From Eledone cirrhosa (lineage: Eukaryota), in the NCBI GenBank assembly GCA_964016885.1, contig OZ024744.1, positions 50,158,001 to 50,222,000 of the forward strand: a DNA stretch of 64,000 nucleotides, given 5' to 3'. The notes beneath the pieces are model-generated. The model was given only the letters and a program-made list of their open reading frames with translations, had not been told where the DNA came from and did not search any database. The position numbers were made by a program, and so were the translations under genes. Shown in pieces: positions 24,934 to 38,411 of this stretch. The first letter of the stretch is position 1; each line of letters opens with the position of its first letter.

Positions 24934-27900
24934 TTACAGATATATACTCAGAGTAGGCCCATTCACTCGGGCCATTCTTGCTTCTCTCACCCATCTTTCA
25001 ACAAAATGCTGGGAAGAGAGCACTTCCCTCTCTACTCTGATTTTCCTTTTCAAATGAAATTTGAAAAAGTCAATCAGAGCATCACCGAAGAGGTAAGTGC
25101 TCGTCTTCAGCCCTTTCAAACGTGTCCACCATACTATCTCTTTCACCATGGCCACCAGGCAGATAAAAACTGCCTGCCCTTCCCGGCTAAAGGAGGAGGG
25201 CGGGGCAATCCTCACGATGGACTCAGATGATAGCCGGATCCGTCCTAAACGCGACAGCAGGTGTTCGACATAAACCCACAAGTCAGCAATTTTCGGACAC
25301 TGGACGAGTGCGTGCAGGACGGTTTCGTCGCCCTGCGCGCATCTCGGACATGCCCGGTTGACGGCACCTTCATGCCTGTAGAGTTTATCCCGAACTGGCA
25401 AGGCTCCTCGGTAGCACTGCCAGGCCAGAGATTTCTGGAAGTTGTCCATAGGCCCTGGCCCGAAAGTTCTTCCGAAGAGATTGGTTAGTTGATTTTCGTC
25501 GACGCCTAGAGTTTCCCCAAGTACGTCGTCGCTCTTCCCCTCCACTAATCCTCTATAGAACGCCGAGGTGGAGTTTCCACCGATCACATTGCCCGATTGG
25601 TCGAGGGCTGTGAGCGCCTGAAGACATTCCAGTCTCCAGGCGCTCCCTCTCGGTCTTCGCTTGACCCAGGACTGCAGCTCCGTCAAGGAAACAAGCTGGG
25701 GGAATACGCGCCTAGCAAACGGCGACCACACCTGATCACCGTCGAGGAAGAGGTGGAGATGTCGTAGCCTGAGCGCGTGCCTGCGCATCATCAGCCACGG
25801 CATGCCCAGCCCTCCACGTAGCGGGTGTTGACAACAGATGGACCGCCTGACCATCGGAGCACGTCCCTTCCACAAAAAGCGAAAGAGCAAACGCTCCAGC
25901 GCAGTCAGGCGAGGCTTAGGACAAGGTACGACGGTCAGGCGGTAGCAGATGACAGACGCGATGTACGCGTTAGCCACCTCCGCTCGACCTTTCAGGGATA
26001 GCTTCCTCTCCGCCCATTTCTGGGTGAGAGAAGCCACCCTGCTCGTCACCTCGTCCCAGTTTTTGTCCGTCTGGAGGTCCGGACCGAACCAGACCCCTAG
26101 CAATTTAACCGGTCCGTCCGTCCAGCGTCCGACGACGCTGTTGGACGGCATGGACCTGCCTCTCCAGGTGCCGAGCTGCAGGCCCACTGACTTTTCCTGG
26201 TTGATCATTGCTCCTGTCACCGCTTCGTATTCTCTTAGTGTAGTGCCGATCGCCTCGATGTGTTTGGCGTTCGACACCACTACGGTGACATCGTCCGCAT
26301 ATGCTGACACGGATCTTCCGCATCCCAGTTCGCGCGGGACTCCCCTCAACATCTCCAGTTTGTGCAGTAATGGCTCGAGAGTCAATACGTACAAGAGGGA
26401 CGAGAGGGGACATCCTTGGCGGACCGAGCGCATGGTGTTGAACGGTTCCGACAGGTGACCGTTCACTCTCACCACAGAGCAGATGTCGCTGTGCATGGCA
26501 GCGATCCAGCCTCTGAAGACGGGCCCAAAGCCAGCCGCCCTCAGGACTGCCGCTAGGTAACGATGGTCAACCCTATCGAAAGCTTTCGACTGATCTAAAT
26601 TGATCAAGAACCCACCCGTGCCAGGTTCCTTAGCTACCCTCTCTATGATGTATCGCATGAGGTGGAGGTTGTCGTGGATGGATCTGTCGGGAATGGCGCA
26701 TGTCTGCGCCTCTCCCACCAGACCACCAACGACAAGCGCCAACCTCTTTGCTAGCACCTTGGCCAAAATCTTGAACTCTGTGTTTAGCAGAGTTATGGGC
26801 CGGAAATTGTCTATGTTATCCCCCTTGTTCGGATCCTTTCTCAGCAGTGCCACTGCTCCTCGGCTCACAGAACTGGGAATTCTCCCGTTCTGTTGCCAGT
26901 TGCAGTAGACGTCCGCCAAGAGGCCTCCGAACAAGTCTGGCATCTGTACGTAAAGTTCATAGGGCAGACCATCCAAACCAGGCGATTTACCCCTTGTGCA
27001 GCCAGTCATTGCCTCCCTTACTTCAGCGGCTGTTATCGGCTTTTCGCAACACTTCGCCTCAGTGGCCGAGAGCCGCGGCAGTCCGTCGAGGTAGACAGTA
27101 AAGTCCATCCCTCTACCCGGCCCACCGCTGCCCCCGAACAGCTGAGCGAAGTGTCGCTGAAAAGCTTCACACATTTGCCCGGGATCGAGTAGCATGCGCC
27201 CGTCGTGGTCCACCAAAGACCGGATCGTGGCTTTGTTGCCACGACGCGCCTCCGCCACTCGGGCCTATTGAACGGCTTTCGTCCCCTCGTGTCTGAGAGC
27301 ACGCCCCCTTGCTCTGACAACGCAGCCTTCGTGCTTTGCATTGAAGAATTGGTCAAGGGCCAATTTCGCCGCAAGCACGTCGGTCGCAATGCCTTTGCTA
27401 AGCGCCTCGTCTAATTTTCTAACTAGTTCTCCCTCTGCTCTATTTTTCTCTATTGCTAAAGCCTTACTAAACCTAATCGATTCTATTCTAATCGCTCTTT
27501 TCAGAGCAAACCACCACTTGTTGTTGACGATCGCCCCCGTCAACGCCCGCTTAACTAGTTCGCTAATCCGGTCTCTGTAGGCCTTGCGCGCTGGTAAGGA
27601 CGCGTTTAGCTTCCAGTAGCCGGGTCCTCGTCTATGAAGCCTATCTAAGTCAAGCACACAGATCACGAATTTGTGGTCCGTGTAGCTGACTATCTTGAAT
27701 TGTGGACAGCCTATGCTAGACCTATCTATTTCCCTACAAAATACTCTATCTAGATATGATCTGGATGACCCTATGCGGTTTGTCCAAGTCCACATTGGCA
27801 CATTCGGGAAATCCAATCGGTACCTGTCAGACAGTTAAAAATGCCTGAGCAGGTTGGTGAGGCTCTTGCACCCTCCACCCCTATCCGCTAATCCCACAAA

Positions 27901-28353
27901 ATCCCAGCGTGCATCTAAGATCCCGTTCCAGTCACCCACTAACACTAAAGAGCGGGACGTTCCAAGAAAGGTCTCCAGACGCCGGAAGAAATCAGGCCGC
28001 CCTGCTCCTGTCGGGGCATAGACGGCCACTAGCCTGAAAGCTTGCCCGTCTCCGCTGGTCACGTCCAGCACCACCAGCTTACCCTCTGGGTCCAGGAAGA
28101 TGGCCCGTATGGCGAGATCCAAACCTCTCCGAAAAAGCACAGCAACTCCTCCCCCCGATCCCGGACGGCTGGGAGATGCGTACACATCGTAGCCGCCGAA
28201 GATCGGTGCGAAGGCCCATGTTTCGGAGATTCTGGTCTCGCTGATGGCCACTACATCTATGTTTAGTGACCTGAGGTCGTTGAGCAGGTGACCCTGCTTC
28301 CATGACGACCCCAAGCCACGCGCATTTATGCTGCCTATTCTGAGTGAGATCAT
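24934..28353 (-). pseudogene. Tx1 ORF2 (APE endonuclease, RT, zf-RVT) with two in-frame stops
   Basis: ORFs 27835-28353, 27265-27816 and 24934-27258 share one frame. Motifs SINARGL, SET, GDWN, YLDR, TDHK, LDQSKAFD, VRQGCPLS, YADD, CPRC..ETVLHALVQC. Confidence 0.9.
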
Positions 28354-28388
28354 GTTTAAAATAGAGTGGAAAAGATGGGAAAGACCAC

Positions 28389-30321
28389 TTACCGTACTTT
28401 TGGTAGAGGAGGGATGGTTTTTACATCCCTTTTCACTTTATCGTCTGGTGAAGGGACCGTTGAATCGTACCTTCGGCTGGTCGTCGGCTCTTCTATGAGT
28501 ATGTCCGAATATACTCTTCGATTGATTAATCCTCCTAGGTCCCTGAAATCATCAACTGCGTTGGGGAATTTCGTTTTAATGTTTGTGTATTGTTTCTGTG
28601 CTATTTTTTGCAGTCTTATGTTAGTTGGCGTTTTGATTGGTGCTGGTATTATGTAGTCGTGTTGTGAAATGTCTGTGTGTTCAATTATGTAAGTCATTAG
28701 TTTCTTGTTGTGTGTATTTATTGCCGTGCATTTGTTTTTCTGGGGGTGGGTGTGGTTCTGCTATTTTCTTGTCGTTGTTGCTGGGTGTATGTGTTTTGTT
28801 GTGTTTGCGATGTTGGTGCTTGTGGTGGTGGTGTTGAAGGTGTTGTTGGCGGTGGGGTTGTCGCCGGTGGTGATGGTGGTGCTAGTGTGGGTGGTGATGG
28901 TGTTGGTGGTGTTGCTGCTGTGAGTCTCTTTGCAGTAGACTTTACCCTTTTCTCATTTCTTTCCTCCCTTTTCAAAGGCGACGATGCGCTGCTTCTGCGT
29001 TTGTGCTTTCTTACGACCTTTTGCCATCCCTCTCCCACCTCACACTCCATGTCTGATTCTGTGAGGTCGGGGAGGGGTACCAGCTCCACTCTTTCACTTG
29101 TTGTTGTTGGTGATGTTTGCACTGGAGTCTCTGTTGCAGCTGCATTTGGTATTGCTGTTGTTGTTGTTAATATTTCCACTGCTGCTGCTGTTTTTGATTT
29201 CCGTGGCGTGGGTATGGGTGCCACGGACCTATCGTTCCTGGTTGCAGCTTGTCCTGTTGCTGGTAGCCGTGGAGCCGGTTTCGGAAGGAGGGGGGTTTTC
29301 TCCTTTCTCAGGGTCTTCTCGTTGCAGAAGGCCCTGAGGTGAGTCTTCGATCCACAGCGAAAGCATTTCGGGCGTTTGCCCTCAACACTTATGGGCAGTT
29401 GAGTGCCGTTGTCGAAGTCTATCACATCCGGGATAGCTTCGATGCACTCCTGGTTGGTTTGGATTAGCATCTCAATGGAGGTGCCGACCCAATCTTCTCT
29501 TACTTTTTTCTGTACTTGCAGTACAGTTGTTTTGTCCTCGATTCCGACGAGGACAGACGCGGCCAGCCAAGAAGGGGCCATCCCGGGGGGGGGGGGGGGG
29601 CGTGGGTCAGTTTGACCCTCACAATTTTTTGCCCGCAGTAGGAGGGCACCAACACCATTTCCTCGCTCCTTAGGGTCACTACGGATTGAGCCTTTGCCTC
29701 CTGGGGTGTGGCAAAAAGTACGTCTACGGTGGCATATTTTTTGCCTCGGGTGATGTGCGTTTTCCGCTGCCACACAGACCCCAAGGCTTTTTGTATTTGA
29801 GCCTCTGTGGCTCTTTCAACCCTACGGGATTTTGTACTTACTGTACGGTACGTGACCGTACAGTGCTGTTGGGTTTCGAAAAAATTTTCCGCTGCCTTGC
29901 AGATTGCTCGGTGTCCAGTCTTTGTCACCATCTTCTTCGCTTCCTCTAATTCCTCATTTGTTATGAGGATTGTTTCCAGGTTCTTCGCAATACCTGCAAA
30001 TGAGATTGGTTTTTCTTTGCTGCTGTTGTTGTTGTTGTCGTCAGAGCTGCTGTTACTTTTGTTGTTGCTGCAGGTACTACGACTACTGCCTCCGCCGCTG
30101 TTGCTGTGGTTGTTGTTGGTGTTACTGCTGCTAATGCTGTTGTTCTTTATGCTGCTGGTGATGCTGTTGCGGCTGCTACTGTTGTTTTCATTGTCACTAT
30201 TGCTGTTGTTATTACGGCTGCTACTGCTATTATTCCTGACGTCAGACGAATGAAATGGGTTTTCGTATTTCCCGCACACCTGTTTTGTCGTTGTCGTCGT
30301 CGTCGTGGAGAAATCTTGCAC
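28389..30321 (-). pseudogene. Tx1 ORF1 (gag-like, CCHC), frameshifted
   Basis: ORFs 29500-30321, 28718-29773 (CFRCGSKTHLRAFC) and 28389-28697. One shift falls at the 16-G run 29585-29600. Homologous to ORF 49251-50972. Confidence 0.8.
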
Positions 30322-30745
30322 GCTTTTCTTTTCTGTCGTCGAGACTTTTCTTTTCTGTCGTCGCTTGCGAAAGAGAAGGGAGGGAGAGAGACACGTTTAA
30401 AGAAGGGAGGGAGAGAGACAATCTTCTCTCTGCTGTAGTGATGATTGAGGAAGAACAAGACGGAATGAGTGGGAGTGACCTATGAAAATTCTTTTTCGTA
30501 GCCATGTTGTTTTTTTTGTTTAAAATAAATATTGGGCACAAAACCCCAATAAGCAGTTATTTAACCCCGAAGGGCCAAATAACGGGCAGAAAGACCCCTC
30601 TCACGAGGAGGGGGGTGTTTTTGTCTACAAGTTGGTTAAAGTTTTAAACAATTTACAATTGTTATAGCGTTCAAAATTTACAATACCTTACAGAGCCGAG
30701 CCTCCGTCAACCATAGCATTCAATAATAATAATAATAATAATAAT

Positions 30746-30994
<249 letters not shown>

Positions 30995-30995
30995 T

Positions 30996-31057
30996 TGGCT
31001 TGATATTCATTCCAACGGACTTTCCAGTTAACCAACATCAATGACTGAGATTCAAGG
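30996..31057 (+). mobile_element. R4/Dong family B 3' UTR stub
   Basis: Matches 21983-22044. Confidence 0.85.
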
Positions 31058-31081
31058 AATAACAACAATAATAATAACAAT

Positions 31082-33788
31082 AAAATCAGAACCTTGGTGG
31101 AAGAAACGACTGAATGCTCAAATCATGGAAATGAGAAATGACATTGGAAAGCTTGAGTCCCTACTGAATGGGACACTACAAAACATAGACACTAAAAATA
31201 GACTGGAAATAAAGTACAAAACTAGGAGGAAAAAGCTAAATATTATCATAGAGGAACTGAAGCAACGCATTGTAGCAAAGAGTGCAAAAATTAGGCGATA
31301 CGAGAGCAGAGTCAGTCAGTAGAGACAGAACCGCATGTTTGACAACAACCAGAAGATGCTGTTTGGACAGCTTGAAGGGAAAGAAAGAGGCAACGACTTG
31401 ATCCCTGAAGCGGAACAAACTGAGACATTCTGGAGAGGAATATGGGAGCAGGATGTTAAACATAATGACCAGGCAGTGTGGATTGAGACAGTACAAAAGG
31501 AGATTAGTGAACAGGCACAACAACAAACTGATTTGAGTATCACAGTTGAAACTCTTAAGGGGCAGGCCAAAAAACTAACCAACTGGAAATCACCAGGCCC
31601 AGATGGTGTGCAGGGGTATTGGATTAAAAATATAACATCCCTCCACCCGAAACTGACAACCATGTTCAATGACTGCTTGATGTCAGGTGAGGTACCAGAG
31701 TGGTTGACAAAAGGTACCACAGTTCTGGTAATGAAAGACCGAATCAACGGTAATGATGTTACCAACTATAGACCTATCACATATCTGTCCGTAATGTGGA
31801 AACTGTTGACAAGCATTATGTCTGAGGAAATCTACCATCACCTCCACACAAACAACTTGTTACCGGACGAACAGAAAGGATGTCGAAAGAAGTCCACGTG
31901 GTACAAAGGACCAGTTACTTATTGATAAGATGCTAATGAGGAATTGCAAGAGGAGACACACTGGGCTTGCCATGGAATGGATAGACTACAAAAAGGCATT
32001 TGACATGGTGCCTCATTCTTGGATCACCAAAAGCCTAGAATCTTCAAGGTGGCAGATAACATCAGACAGTTGTTGGGCAAAAGTATGAAGTCCTGGAAAA
32101 CAGAATTAACATCAGCTGAAGAATCCTTGGGAGGCGTGAAGATCAAGAGAGGTATCTTCCAGAGAGATAGTCTGTCCCCTCTGTTGTTTGTCCTTACCTT
32201 GATGCCCCTGACCATTGTACTGCGAAAAGTGAGAGCAGGATACAAGTTGGGAAAGGGAGAGCTTACCATCAATCACCTCCTCTTCGTGGACGATCTTAAG
32301 CTCTTCGGGAAGAGTGAGAAGGAGTTGGATGTGCTTGTTGACACTGTCCGCATTTTCAGCAATGATATTCGTATGAAATTTGGTATTAGTAAGTGTGGAG
32401 TCCTTGTGATGAAGAGGGGTAAATTGAGCAGAAGCAACAGAATCCAGGTACCAACAGGTGAGATGATAAAGGAAATTGACACTGAAGAAGGATACAAGTA
32501 TTTGGGTGTTCTGGAGGCTGATGACATCAAGAACAAAAAAATGAAGGAATTGATAAGATCTGAATACATTAGGAGAGTAAGGTGCGTATTAAAGTCACAT
32601 CTGAACAGTAGGAATGCCATAAGTGCAGTAAATTCCCGAGCTGTGTCTATTATTAGGTACAGTGCGGGAATTCTGAGATGGAATGTTGCTGAACAAAAAG
32701 AAATGGATAGGAAGACTAGGAAGCTATTGACTATCTACAACATGTTCCACAAGAGGAGTGATGTCGATAGACTCTACCTAAGGAGATCTGAGGGTGGAAG
32801 AGGTCTTATCAGCATAGAGGACTGTGTTCAGATGGAGAAAAACAACCTACACAAATACGTGACTGAGAGTAAGGAGCCAATGCTCAGAACTGTACTGAAG
32901 GAGGGGACAATAGGCCAGGGGATGTCCAAGGAGGAAATAACATCAAGGAGAAAGAGCATCCTTCAGGAAAAATCCCTTCATAGTACTTTTGAGAAAACTG
33001 ATTTTAGAGATCCACAGACATGGAACTGGTTGAAAAGAGGAGACCTTAAAAAGGCTACAGAAGGAATGTTAATGGCTGCGCAGGAGCAGGCCCTCAAAAC
33101 GAAGTGGTTGAAACACCATATTTACAAGGAGGAGGCTAGCTCACTGTGCAGGATCTGTGGAGAGAGAGAGGAGACTGTGGCTCACATTGTATCCGAGTGT
33201 AAACACCTAGCCCAGACTCACTATAAGGGCTGGAGACATGATGTGATGGGCAGGGTGATCCACTGGCACCTATGCAAAGTAAACAATTTACCACATTCTG
33301 AGAAGTGGTATGAACATAAGCCAGAGGCGGTGATAGAAAACGATCAGGTGAAGGTTCTGTGGGATTTTAGGATACAGACGGACAAGAAACTGGAACACAA
33401 TAGACCTGACCTGGTGGTTGTGGACAAAGAAAAAAGATCGTGCCTGATTGTGGATGTGGCCTGCCCATTCGACACGAGAGTGCAAGAGAGGGAGAAAACT
33501 AACCGATACCAGGACTTAAAGTGGGAGGAAAAAAGGATTTGGAACTGCCATGAAGTCAAAGTGGTCCCGATTGTCATAGGCGCACTAGGTACTATCTCAA
33601 AAAGTTTCCAGGGATGGTTAAAGAAAATTGGCCCCGCCCCGCTTTTTAGAACACTTCAAAAGGCATGCTTGCTGGGAACAGCAAGAACCCTCCGATACGT
33701 CCTGAATATCTGAGGCTGCAGGTAGTGGCTTGATATTCATTTCAACAAACTTTCCAGTTAAACTAACATCAATGACTGAGACTCAAAG
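31082..33788 (+). mobile_element. R4/Dong family B copy 3 (longest), disrupted
   Basis: ORFs 31041-31322, 31335-31925 and 32019-33713 carry the same RT/CCHC/RLE motifs. Confidence 0.92.
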
Positions 33789-33813
33789 AACAATAAATAA
33801 AAATAATAATAAT

Positions 33814-35395
33814 GCTGAAGCAATCATAGAGGAACTTGCGCAGGAACAAACCTATAAATACTTAGGGATTAATGAGGGCTCTGGCATACAGCATGCAAGT
33901 ATGAAAGAGAGTATAAGGAAAGAATGTTACAGGTCTGAGATCAGAACTAAATGCTCATAACAAGGTGCTAGCCATAAATTCCTTGGCAGTCCCAGTTGTC
34001 ACTTATAGCTTTGGTGTGTTGAACTGGAATATGAGTGAAATCAAAAGAATCGACACCAAAGTCCGTAAGCTACTGACCTGTAATAGGATGCACCACCTAA
34101 AAGCAGATGTGGATCGTCTTTTCCTTCCTAGAACTTAAGGAGGCCGTGGCCTGATCCAATTTGAACTTGCTTATAAGACCACCATCATTGGACTGGCCAT
34201 ATACCTTGAAACAATTAACGACTGTATGCTGAAACTTGTTGAAAAGCATGAGAGAAGTAAGAAGATTTATTCTATCTTGAAGGAGAGCAACAAATATGCT
34301 ACTGATCTCATGTTTGATACCCAGGCTGGACAGACTATAGAAACTGTTGCAACTGATGCTGCTAGGCACATAAAATCACTGGCAAAAGCAAAAGGGCAAG
34401 GACAATTAGCATCAAATTGGGAACAGAAACGTCTGCATGGCAAATATGTGACCCGTAGCAAACAAGCTGATGTTGACCAAAAGCACACCCATCAGTGGCT
34501 ACGTAGTTCAGGGCTAAAGGCGGAGAGTGAAGGCTTCATCTTAGCTGCCCAAGATCAAAGCTTATTGACTCGTAATTACCAGGCCAATGTGATGAGAAAC
34601 GGAATAAACCCAAAGTGCCGATTCTGCAATGCTGAGGTTGAAACAGTGGATCTTAGTTGAAACTTAGTCTCTGGATGTAAAGTTTTAGCACCAGTAGAAT
34701 ACAAATATAGACATGACAGAGTTGGCCAATATCTACACTGGGTAATGTGTCGGCATTACAAAATCAAAGCTGAAGACAAGTGGTACAATCATCACCCTGA
34801 GGCTGTAACTGAAGAAGAAAAAGTAACGATTCTCTGGGACTTTCCTGTACATACTGACAGGACCATAAAAACAAATAGACCTGACATCATTATAAAAGAT
34901 CAACATAACAAGGTCTGTTTATTGATAGATATGAGCACCCCATGTGATCACAATATCGCGGCAAAAGAATTTGACAAGCTAAGAAAATATAAAGATCTGC
35001 TTATTGAAATTGAGAAAATGTGGCACCTCAAGGCCATTACAATACCAGTGGTTGTGGGAGGACTGGTATTGTAACGGCCTTTAAGTGCCACATTTTCTCG
35101 AAGACAGGAACAGAACAATATTTGCGAATGATTCCTGGTTTACCCTCTCTGCACGAGGTGCAAACAATTGTTTTGACTGGTATTGCACACGTATTGAGAA
35201 CAGCACTATCTCTGTAAGATTGATATGCCTCCTTGTATTTACATATGCATATGCACATGTGTATATATGTATACTGTTTTTCTTTTTTCTTTTTTTAATT
35301 ATAATCAATGTGATGTATTAACTGGCTTACCAATGCACACTGTGAATTTATTTGCCCTAGGTGTCAGGAAGACACTCGGCATATATCTCAGAAAC
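33814..35395 (+). mobile_element. R4/Dong family C, decayed 3' half
   Basis: TYKYLG, WLRSSGLKAESEGFILAAQDQ, CRFC, WDFPVHTDRTIKTNRPD, LIDMSTP, and terminal GIAHVLRTALSL. Confidence 0.88.
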
Positions 35396-35399
35396 AATA

Positions 35400-35497
35400 A
35401 TTATTTCTACTTTTGGCACAAGGCCACAATTACCCAGTACATTACTGGTACTTTATTTTATCGACCCCGTAAGAATGAAAGACAAAGTTTACCTCAG
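35400..35497 (-). mobile_element. SINE 3' fragment (family of 3566)
   Basis: tttctacttttggcacaaggcc...ctggtactttattttatcgaccccgtaag matches 10184-10275. Confidence 0.8.
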
Positions 35498-35542
35498 AAA
35501 CAATAATGAAAGTAAATTTTAAAAAAATAATAATAATAATAA

Positions 35543-36281
35543 ATTTGAAACTGACACCCAGAATACCATGTTAAAACGATGGCAAGAGAAATCCTTACAT
35601 GGCCAATACCCCAAAAAGCTAAATAGAAAGGAAGTAGACAAAAAAACACACAAAACTGGCTCAAAAACACTGCACTAAAATATGAGATGGAAGGATTTCT
35701 AATTGCAGCACAGGACCAGAGTCTACCTACCAGAAGTACATTATGAAACAAAGCACTATAAGTAACTGTAGAATATGTGGAGATAGGGAGGAAACAATCA
35801 ACCACATAGTCTCTGGATGCCCAGCACTAGCCAAAAAAGAATATATCCACAGGCACCTTCATACACTGGAAATTATGCCAGCATTATGAAATACCAACAG
35901 AAAAAAGATGGTATAAACACACACCAGAAAAAGTGTCAGAGAATGACAAAGCAACCATTCTCTGGGATATGCACAGGCAGGGAGATCAAGGCCAACCAAC
36001 CAACCAGATATTATAGTCAAAGACCACAAAGAAAAGATCCCTTCTAATAGATGTATCTATCCCCACAGACGACAATATATCTTCCAAGGAAATAGAGAAA
36101 CTCTCCAAATATAAAGATCTAGAGATCTATAATATAGATCTAATATAGATATAAAGATCTATAATAATTGGTGCTCTAAGAATGATAAAAAAAAAAAAAA
36201 AAAAAACCCAGGACTTTCAAATATATACAACATACAAAGGATAACACTACTAGGCACTGCACACATATTACGAAGAGTACC
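35543..36281 (+). mobile_element. R4/Dong family D, strongly decayed 3' part
   Basis: Frameshifted remnants of LHGQY, EGFLIAAQDQ, CRICG..ETINHIVSGC, ILWD, EKLSKYKDL and LLGTAHILR. Preceded by (TAA)n. Confidence 0.8.
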
Positions 36282-37027
36282 TTGTCCCAAACCCCGTCTG
36301 ACTGCACTGGAAGATAAACTCTACAGACATGGAAGTGACGTCAGCCGGACCGGTCCAAGATGCGCACAGGGAGACGAAGCCGTCCTGCACGAAATCGTCC
36401 AGTGTCCGAGCATTGCTGACTTGTAGGTTTATATCGAACACCTGCTGTCACGTGTAGGACAAATTCGGTTATCAATGAGTCCATTGTGAAGATTGTCCTG
36501 CCGCCTTCTTTTAATCAAGAATGGCAGTCCGTTTTCATATGTCTTGTGGTGGAAGAGGTTGTATGGTGTGCACGCTTGAAAGGTTTAAAGACGAGCATTT
36601 TTCTCTTTGGGGAAGACCTGATTAACTTCTTCAGATTCCACTTGAGGAGGAAAATAAGGGTAGAGAGAGAAGTGCTGCCTTCAAAGCAATTTGTAGAAAG
36701 GTGAGTGAGAGAAGCGAGCATGGCCTGAGTGAATGGGCCCGCTCTGAGTGTAAGCCTGTAGACTGGAGGAGTACAATTAGGACAGGGCACTTACCCTAAA
36801 AATTGGGGCATCCGTGGTTTTATGAGGTTTTTGCCACGAATGACCCTCGAACGTCTCCTCCCTATTGAGGAACCTTTTTTGTTTTAATTTTATTATCTTT
36901 TTTTTAACATTGCTAAAATTTGTTTACACGCAAAACCCACACAAATACATACACACTCTATGTTTTCGTCCTGTACTGTCATAATGTATTTTCTTGATGT
37001 GGGCCTTTTGTGGTTAATAAAGAAATC
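36282..37027 (+). mobile_element. Tx1 3' fragment, decayed
   Basis: ORF 36486-36704 matches the ORF2 C-terminus of the 24.9 kb element. Ends tgtggttaataaagaaatc-attatt. Confidence 0.85.
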
Positions 37028-37059
37028 ATTATTACTATTATCATCATTATTTTTATGAT

Positions 37060-37567
37060 GAATGCTACAGAAAAGAATCAGCGTAACGAATCATGTAATA
37101 GAGAGAGGGAGGCGCTGTCAACACTTGACTCGGACAAGAAAGATGACAGCGTCTGTGTAATGGAGACGATTTGGGAGTTGGAAAATAATATAATTTTGAA
37201 TGATATTATTTTAAGGACAAAAAATATAGAAAGTTCCAACAGGAATAGTAATCTAACAACAACGACGACAACAGCAGCAACAATAACAACAAAGTCAGTA
37301 ATAAAAACAACAACTATGGAAACAACGAGGTGGTAAACAAAACCACTGGAGAAAATAAAAAGAATGAGAATAACAGCAAACACAACAACTATAAAAAGAA
37401 GATCAATAACAACAACAACAATAACATCAGCAACAATATCAGCTAAAATAACAGCAATAACAACAATAACAACAATAACAACAAGAAGGAACCAACGAAC
37501 AAACCAATTAATAGAACTACTAAAGCTTCTTTTGCTAGTGCTATCAAGTCGTCGCTCAGGAAAATAA
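37060..37567 (+). mobile_element. Possible 5' remnant of another Tx1 element
   Basis: Starts gaatgcta like the 30721 terminus. An (AAC)-rich stretch is followed by a frame reading KASFASAIK, similar to ORF1 KPISFAGIAK. Confidence 0.35.
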
Positions 37568-37685
37568 GCACGAACAACACACACGCACACTCTCTCACAC
37601 ACACACACACATATATATATATATTTGTTTTGCGAGGTTTTTTTTATATGAAATCGTGTGTCGAAACAAATATTGTTATACTTGT

Positions 37686-38375
37686 GGAGGTTCATATTGT
37701 TGTAATAATATTGCCAGAATTAATAACAGAACACACTCATTGTTTGGTTGGTTTTCGCTTCTGTATCTTTTATATCAGTTAATTTATTCGGTCCTCAATG
37801 TTTACCATTGACTGACCAACGGTCAAAAATACAGATATAAAATAGACACAATACATATATATAGTCTAACAAAGTTCTTTCGTTGCACATCTGCAACATC
37901 GTCAGTGGTGCTTTTATGTTTCCTCCTGTTGTATTGTATGTCTACGCCATCTTTATTTAATCTGTTTATTTATTTATTTATTTATTTTTGTCATTCATTT
38001 TTTTCTGTTTAGCTTTGTTCTTCTAAGTTCTATTTCACTGGCCTCTCTGATTTGCCTATCTGCTGGGTCATTTCTATGTTTAGATATTATTTTAATTTCT
38101 ATGTTGTCTATGTTACCGTCATGTTGTTGTCTGGCGTGTTCGTATAGTACTGAACGAACTATCCAGTACCATACGAACACGCCAGACAACAACATGACGG
38201 TAACATAGACAACATAGAAATTAAAATAATATCTAAACATAGAAATGACCCAGCAGATAGGCAAATCAGAGAGGCCAGTGAAATAGAACTTAGAAGAACA
38301 AAGCTAAAACCAACCAAACAGTGAGTGTGTTCTGTTATTATTTCTGGCAATATTATTACAACAATATGAACCTCC
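37686..38375 (-). mobile_element. Truncated Penelope-like element (GIY-YIG C-terminus plus hammerhead) with nested inverted duplications
   Basis: YEHARQQH..IKII..RQIREA..I..KLNRK ends at 37995. CTGACGA-t-gttgca-gatg-tgcaac-GAAA at 37878-37905 (-). Inner arms 38008-38152 / 38164-38308; outer arms 37686-37755 / 38307-38375. Confidence 0.8.
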
Positions 38376-38377
38376 CC

Positions 38378-38410
<33 letters not shown>

Positions 38411-38411
38411 T

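Larger units (their letters stand above)
24684..30721 (-). mobile_element. Full-length Tx1-clade (L1 group) retrotransposon with (ATT)n flanks
   Basis: Long 5' UTR, ORF1 with CCHC knuckle, ORF2 APE-RT-zinc finger. The 3' end reads aataaagaaatc-(att)n and the 5' end (att)n-gaatgcta on the minus strand. Confidence 0.9.

Noticed and set aside
29585-29600. Programmed frameshift at the G16 run (also the poly-C near 43300)
   Set aside because: The homologous ORF1 at 49251 is continuous, so homopolymer slippage or sequencing error is more likely.
28710-30438. Plus-strand V/L/G-rich ORFs opposite the Tx1 ORF1, and similar antisense ORFs over other LINEs
   Set aside because: Shadow frames of low-complexity or GC-rich coding sequence.
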